From an uncultured Candidatus Saccharibacteria bacterium (GTDB lineage Bacteria > Patescibacteriota > Minisyncoccia > Phycocordibacterales > UBA9973), in assembly GCA_964441495.1 (NCBI GenBank), contig CAYTXV010000001.1:58851-122850 (forward strand): a stretch of 64,000 bases of DNA. The letters run 5' to 3'. The notes beneath the pieces were generated by a model. It was given only the letters and a program-made list of their open reading frames with translations, did not search any database and was not told the DNA's origin. Below are positions 59,756-64,000 of the stretch, one piece after another. Positions within the stretch are counted from its first letter, which is position 1; the number at the start of each line of letters is the position of its first letter. Made by a program: the position numbers and the translations under genes.

Positions 59756-60244
59756 TTACCGCTGATTGAAGACAGTTTGGATTCCCCTTTGAATCATTTG
59801 AGTCGCTGCACCTATCATCATCTGACCGGTTGGTGAATTAGCGATATTTCTGAGGGTTTCTTTATTCTTGGCCTTTTTTTCAGTGGCCGCGTACGGACTA
59901 CTGTATTTAGCAACAAAGGCATGCTCTGTTACGGAATAAAAATACTTTCCTCCGTAGGAAAGCATAAGCTCTCCTTTTACTGGAGCATGAACATCAGGCC
60001 TACGATCAGCGTAGTAGTATGTATACCACCGGTCTGATTTGTACTTTTTTATCCTCTCGTACTTCATATTTTGAAGCACGATTTCGGGTACAGTATGGCA
60101 GAGACTTTTGATCGTCTGCAGTCCAGATTCGGACATGAGGTTCGTACTGTCGATAGTACTTAACCTGAACATCCCAGGTTGGGCGTACAATCGCGTAGAA
60201 ATAATCAAAATCAAAGCAAAACAAACGACAAGGAACTTTTTCAT
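59756..60244 (-). CDS. AT-rich hypothetical secreted protein
   Basis: Signal peptide; promoter TTGACT-17-TATAAT (60286-60314); terminator at about 59701-59731. Confidence 0.65.
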   Translation of the reverse strand: MKKFLVVCFALILIISTRLYAQPGMFRLSTIDSTNLMSESGLQTIKSLCHTVPEIVLQNMKYERIKKYKSDRWYTYYYADRRPDVHAPVKGELMLSYGGKYFYSVTEHAFVAKYSSPYAATEKKAKNKETLRNIANSPTGQMMIGAATQMIQRGIQTVFNQR

Positions 60245-60316
60245 TACAAAATGGTTTATGGTTACTGTAATTATTTTCTAAACACATTATACACCATTTG
60301 TATAAAAAAGTCAAGC

Positions 60317-61015
60317 CTATTTCCACCCTTTGATTTCAAGGGCGTTTTGGGCTGCTGCCTGCTCTGCCTCCTGTTTACTTCTCCCCTTTCCTTCTGCGAT
60401 TTTCTTCTCTCCAAAGAATATGCCGATGGTGAAGTTTTTGTCATGATCAGGACCAGTCTCTGCGACGACTTTGTATGACGGGGTCACGCCGACACGATCT
60501 TGCGCTTCCTCTTGGATGCGACTCTTAGGATCTTTCCATGACTTGTTTTTGATGATGTCGTCGAGTTTGACGAGAAGTGTTTGCTTCACAAACGTATCAC
60601 ACACATCGTACCCCTGATCAAGATAGAGTGCGCCCACAAATGATTCGTACGTGTTGGCAAGGATTGTCTGACGTGCACGTCCGGTGTCTTTTTGTTCGCC
60701 TTTTGAAAGGAGGAGATAGTCGTTCATTCCAAGCGCACCTGCAACTTCACCCATGATGACTGCGTTGACTAGTGCCGATCGGTACGCGGTGAGGTCACCC
60801 TCGTGGTTGGTCGGGTAGTTGCGAAACAGATAATCTGTCACCACAAGTTCGATAACCGCATCTCCGAGAAACTCGAGTCGCTCGTTGTGCTCAAGTCCAC
60901 TCTTGGGATTTTCGTTGATGTATGACCGATGGATAAATGCGTGCTTGAGGATATCTTTGTTGGTAAACGTGATGCCGAGAGATTGTTCAAATGGCGCAAA
61001 GTCTTTTTCTTTCAT
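60317..61015 (-). CDS. rnc: ribonuclease III
   Basis: HNERLEFLGDAV; C-terminal dsRBD. Confidence 0.98.
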   Translation of the reverse strand: MKEKDFAPFEQSLGITFTNKDILKHAFIHRSYINENPKSGLEHNERLEFLGDAVIELVVTDYLFRNYPTNHEGDLTAYRSALVNAVIMGEVAGALGMNDYLLLSKGEQKDTGRARQTILANTYESFVGALYLDQGYDVCDTFVKQTLLVKLDDIIKNKSWKDPKSRIQEEAQDRVGVTPSYKVVAETGPDHDKNFTIGIFFGEKKIAEGKGRSKQEAEQAAAQNALEIKGWK

Positions 61016-61077
61016 AATAAAATACGGTTAGATAAATTGGAGATTATCGACTAGTATCCTAGTCTACAATCTGCAAC

Positions 61078-61989
61078 TTACTTGCTAGTAATCTTTTCAA
61101 TCGCTTTTGCGATTAGCGGCAATATATCATCGTAGATAGTTAAGTCAACTACCTCGTGTAGCTGAAACCATTGCGCTTTGTCGAGTCCGCCGTTGGTGTG
61201 TAGATCGAGTTCTTGGTATGGTGCTGACGCGAGATAAAACACAACCTTTTTGAGAAGCTTCCCCTTTTCTGGATGAGATGCGACGTACTCGATCGCACCG
61301 AGCTCTGGACCGAGTTCAACTGTGATGCCGAGTTTTTCTTCTATCTCACGTTTTGCAGTTTGCTCAATTATCTCACCGTCCTCCATGCCACCCTTGGGGA
61401 GTGTCCAGTACCCGAACACATCGTGTACAAGTGCGACATAGTCCGCACCCTCATGACGTGCGTGCACGATACCACCACCTTTTGCTTCCACAGGAAGCTT
61501 GGAGATATCGATCGGTTCTTCTGGTTCTTTGGATTTTGGAGCGCGAGGCTTGCTTGTTTGTTCTTTGCCCGGCTCGCCGATTTCTTTGTACACCGCACCG
61601 AGCACGCCGTTTACAAACTTGCCTGAGTTCTCACCACCAAACGTCTTGGCAAGCTCAATCGCTTCATTGATGGCAACCTTGGGAGGAACCTGTTCTCGAT
61701 CACCAAAGAGAAGCTCTGCGAGCCCCATGCGCAAGATGTTGCGATCAACGTTTGAGATCTTTTCAAGAGGCCACTCTGGAGCAGCTTTGGTGAGGATGTC
61801 GTCGATGATGGTGAGTTTGCGCTGTACGAGCTCTGCAAGTGTATAGATAAATGCCTGATCACTGTGTCCTGGTGCAAACTCAGCAGTGTCGCGATCGATG
61901 ATCGCTTTCAAATCCTCGGGTTTACCCATAAAGTCCCACTCAAAGAGTGCTTGGAGAACTATTGATCGTGAAAGGTGCCGGTTTGCCAT
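61078..61989 (-). CDS. nusB: transcription antitermination factor NusB fused to a C-terminal NUDIX domain
   Basis: VDRNILR, VAINEAIELAKTFG, FVNGVLG; then WTLPKGGMEDGE...AKREIEEKLG. Confidence 0.92.
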   Translation of the reverse strand: MANRHLSRSIVLQALFEWDFMGKPEDLKAIIDRDTAEFAPGHSDQAFIYTLAELVQRKLTIIDDILTKAAPEWPLEKISNVDRNILRMGLAELLFGDREQVPPKVAINEAIELAKTFGGENSGKFVNGVLGAVYKEIGEPGKEQTSKPRAPKSKEPEEPIDISKLPVEAKGGGIVHARHEGADYVALVHDVFGYWTLPKGGMEDGEIIEQTAKREIEEKLGITVELGPELGAIEYVASHPEKGKLLKKVVFYLASAPYQELDLHTNGGLDKAQWFQLHEVVDLTIYDDILPLIAKAIEKITSK

Positions 61990-62010
61990 AAAGAACAAGA
62001 TGTTAGATGA

Positions 62011-62217
62011 TTATTTCTTTGCTTTCTTTTGCTTTTTGACGACTTTTTTGACCTGGTCCTTGCTTACTGAGCGGCCTTTGTACATACCATCAAGTGTTGC
62101 CTTGTGGCGGATGTGCGGAGTGCCTGCCGTGTCTGTAGAGAGGGCAAGTGGTTTGAGCGCGTGATGTGAACGGCGATTTGCCGTATGCGCGCGGGTGTGT
62201 CTCATTCGTACTACCAT
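62011..62217 (-). CDS. rpmF: 50S ribosomal protein L32 (cysteine-free type)
   Basis: RHTRAHTANRRSHHAL...RHKA...GMYKGRSV. Confidence 0.88.
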   Translation of the reverse strand: MVVRMRHTRAHTANRRSHHALKPLALSTDTAGTPHIRHKATLDGMYKGRSVSKDQVKKVVKKQKKAKK

Positions 62218-62366
62218 AGTGACTCTACTATACCCTAACGGCTCAAAAAAGTAAACAAGCTCTCATGTTTCCATCCTAAAGAAAGAGTTTCTATTGACAA
62301 ATAGAAATATATTTGTTATAATAGAAATAAATACGATATTGTATTTTTACACAAAAAACATGAAAA

Positions 62367-62900
62367 ATGGTACGCAATGCAACTCAGCCAAAAATCCTTC
62401 AGAAAATTGATGAGGGAGATGCTGCAAACTTACGTGTAGGAGATAATATTTCAGTTTCAATTGCAATGTTTGCAATAAGAATCAATGAAAAAGGTTCTGC
62501 GGAAATGCTGCTTATAAGCGAATATAGCATGTTCAATTCCGACAATACCTGGAAAGCCCCTGCAGGCAAAATGCTCGCTGGTGAAAAATGGTTAGATACT
62601 GTTAAAAGAAAGTTTCCGCTAGAAACTGGTCTCGTAGCCCATTCAGCAAAATTTTGCTTCGGTGCTGAGTTCAGCTCAACACGCAAAGAGAGGCATTACA
62701 AAATCTCTGTTCTTATTGCAAATTTTGATGGCCAACTTTCTACTGACACTGACGGAAAAATCTCAAAAAGAAACTGGTTACCGATAGATGAAGTGGAAAA
62801 GAAGATCAACACGGCACAGCAATACGCTCTTCCCTATGTGATCGAGGAGGCAAAGACAATCGGTAAAGAATTCGCCATTGCATTGATGAATAATTTTTAA
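62367..62900 (+). CDS. AT-rich degenerate NUDIX-family protein
   Basis: WKAPAGKMLAGEKWLDTVKRKFPLETGL; own promoter TTGACA-17-TATAAT (62294-62322). Confidence 0.7.
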   Translation: MVRNATQPKILQKIDEGDAANLRVGDNISVSIAMFAIRINEKGSAEMLLISEYSMFNSDNTWKAPAGKMLAGEKWLDTVKRKFPLETGLVAHSAKFCFGAEFSSTRKERHYKISVLIANFDGQLSTDTDGKISKRNWLPIDEVEKKINTAQQYALPYVIEEAKTIGKEFAIALMNNF

Positions 62901-62908
62901 AGAATCCA

Positions 62909-62956
62909 TAGCTCGTTATTTGACCTATTTATATGTTGAATAACGAGCTATTTTTT
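62909..62956 (+). terminator. intrinsic terminator
   Basis: TAGCTCGTTATT...AATAACGAGCTA followed by a T-run. Confidence 0.75.
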
Positions 62957-62995
62957 ATCTTTTATAAGCTTAAAAAGAATGCTATAGTCTGTTCT

Positions 62996-64000
62996 ATGAC
63001 CCCCGAACAACTCGCAAACCAACGACACTCTCTGGCGCACCTACTCGGCGCTGCAGTTATGGAGCTCTACCCTGACGCACAGCTCACCCTTGGGCCTTCA
63101 GTAGACGACGGTTTCTACTATGATGTCAAGTTTTCTACACCTGTCGGAGCTGATGATATGCCCAAGATAGAGGCAAAAATGCGACAGCTCCTGCCTACCT
63201 GGAAAACAGTCACACACAAAGAGGTTTCCAAAGAAGAAGCACTCACCTATTACAAAGGAAATGAGTTCAAAACAGAGCTCATCAATGAGATAGTAGATCG
63301 CGGTGAATCAATCACGCTCTATACTATGGGAGCATTTACTGATCTGTGCCGTGGTGGACACATCGACGATCTCTCGACTATAGATCCTGAGTCTTTCAAA
63401 CTTGATCGTATCGCTGGTGCATACTGGCGTGGCAATGAGGCAAACCCGATGCTCACGCGCATCTACGGACTCGCATTTGCAACCAAAGAAGAGCTTGCTA
63501 CATACCTTGAGAACCGTACTGAAGCTGAGAAACGCGACCACCGCAAACTCGGCAAAGAACTTTCTATCTTTGCATTTGATGAGATGGTAGGTGGTGGACT
63601 TCCTCTATGGCTTCCCAATGGTGCTGCCATGATCGAAGAGCTCGAAAAGCTCGCCAAAGAATCAGAGTTTGCCCAAGAGTACAGTCGTGTCCGCACACCA
63701 CACCTTGCCAAAGAATCCATGTACCTAACCTCGGGACACCTCCCCTACTACGAAGACTCAATGTACCCTCCGATGGAGTACGAAGGTGGCAAATACTATC
63801 TCAAGGCAATGAACTGCCCGCACCACCACAAGATCTTTGCGGCCGAGCCCAAGAGCTATCGCGATCTCCCGCTTCGCCTGGCTGAGTACGGCACCTGTTA
63901 CCGCCACGAAAAAAGTGGTGAACTCTTTGGACTCATGCGAGTCCGATCACTCCAGATGAACGATGCGCACATCTACTGTAGTGAAGAGCAGTTTGCAGAA
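62996..64000 (+). CDS. thrS: threonine--tRNA ligase (no TGS domain; runs off the window)
   Basis: Manual translation MTPEQLANQRHSLAHLL...DLCRGGH...AGAYWRG...RDHRKLG...LKAMNCPHH...SYRDLPLR. Confidence 0.97.
   Translation, partial: MTPEQLANQRHSLAHLLGAAVMELYPDAQLTLGPSVDDGFYYDVKFSTPVGADDMPKIEAKMRQLLPTWKTVTHKEVSKEEALTYYKGNEFKTELINEIVDRGESITLYTMGAFTDLCRGGHIDDLSTIDPESFKLDRIAGAYWRGNEANPMLTRIYGLAFATKEELATYLENRTEAEKRDHRKLGKELSIFAFDEMVGGGLPLWLPNGAAMIEELEKLAKESEFAQEYSRVRTPHLAKESMYLTSGHLPYYEDSMYPPMEYEGGKYYLKAMNCPHHHKIFAAEPKSYRDLPLRLAEYGTCYRHEKSGELFGLMRVRSLQMNDAHIYCSEEQFAE

Overview
This is a roughly 50% GC chromosomal segment of a small-genome bacterium, most likely Patescibacteria/CPR (Parcubacteria-like) using genetic code 11. 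The backbone is housekeeping genes (rpoB, trmD, rpsP, rnr, secG, rnj, mutY, ftsEX, prfB, typA, gatCA, ligA, murF, smc, rnc, nusB, rpmF, thrS) plus a complete type IV pilus/competence locus and six tRNA genes. The accessory material includes a decayed serine-recombinase island ending at tRNA-Gln that carries a CsoR-controlled copper-resistance operon, and many AT-rich orphan promoter-ORF-terminator units. The most unusual signals are centred on tRNAs. (1) A small GIY-YIG nuclease gene sits between direct repeats of the tRNA-Gln 5' end. An 18-bp palindrome (CCTGCCTGCGCAGGCAGG) is inserted after ATCG in the duplicated fragment and again at the 5' end of tRNA-Thr(CGT). (2) tRNA-Thr(GGT) carries a 178-nt group I intron and lies next to a free-standing LAGLIDADG-like gene. 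(3) The acceptor stem of tRNA-Thr(CGT) supplies a Shine-Dalgarno-like GGAGGT for prfB. Other notable structures are a duplicated typA-tail/terminator/variable-gene/promoter unit, three pilins with near-identical 5' DNA, and an ORF-less structured region. All calls were made by eye; no database search was run.
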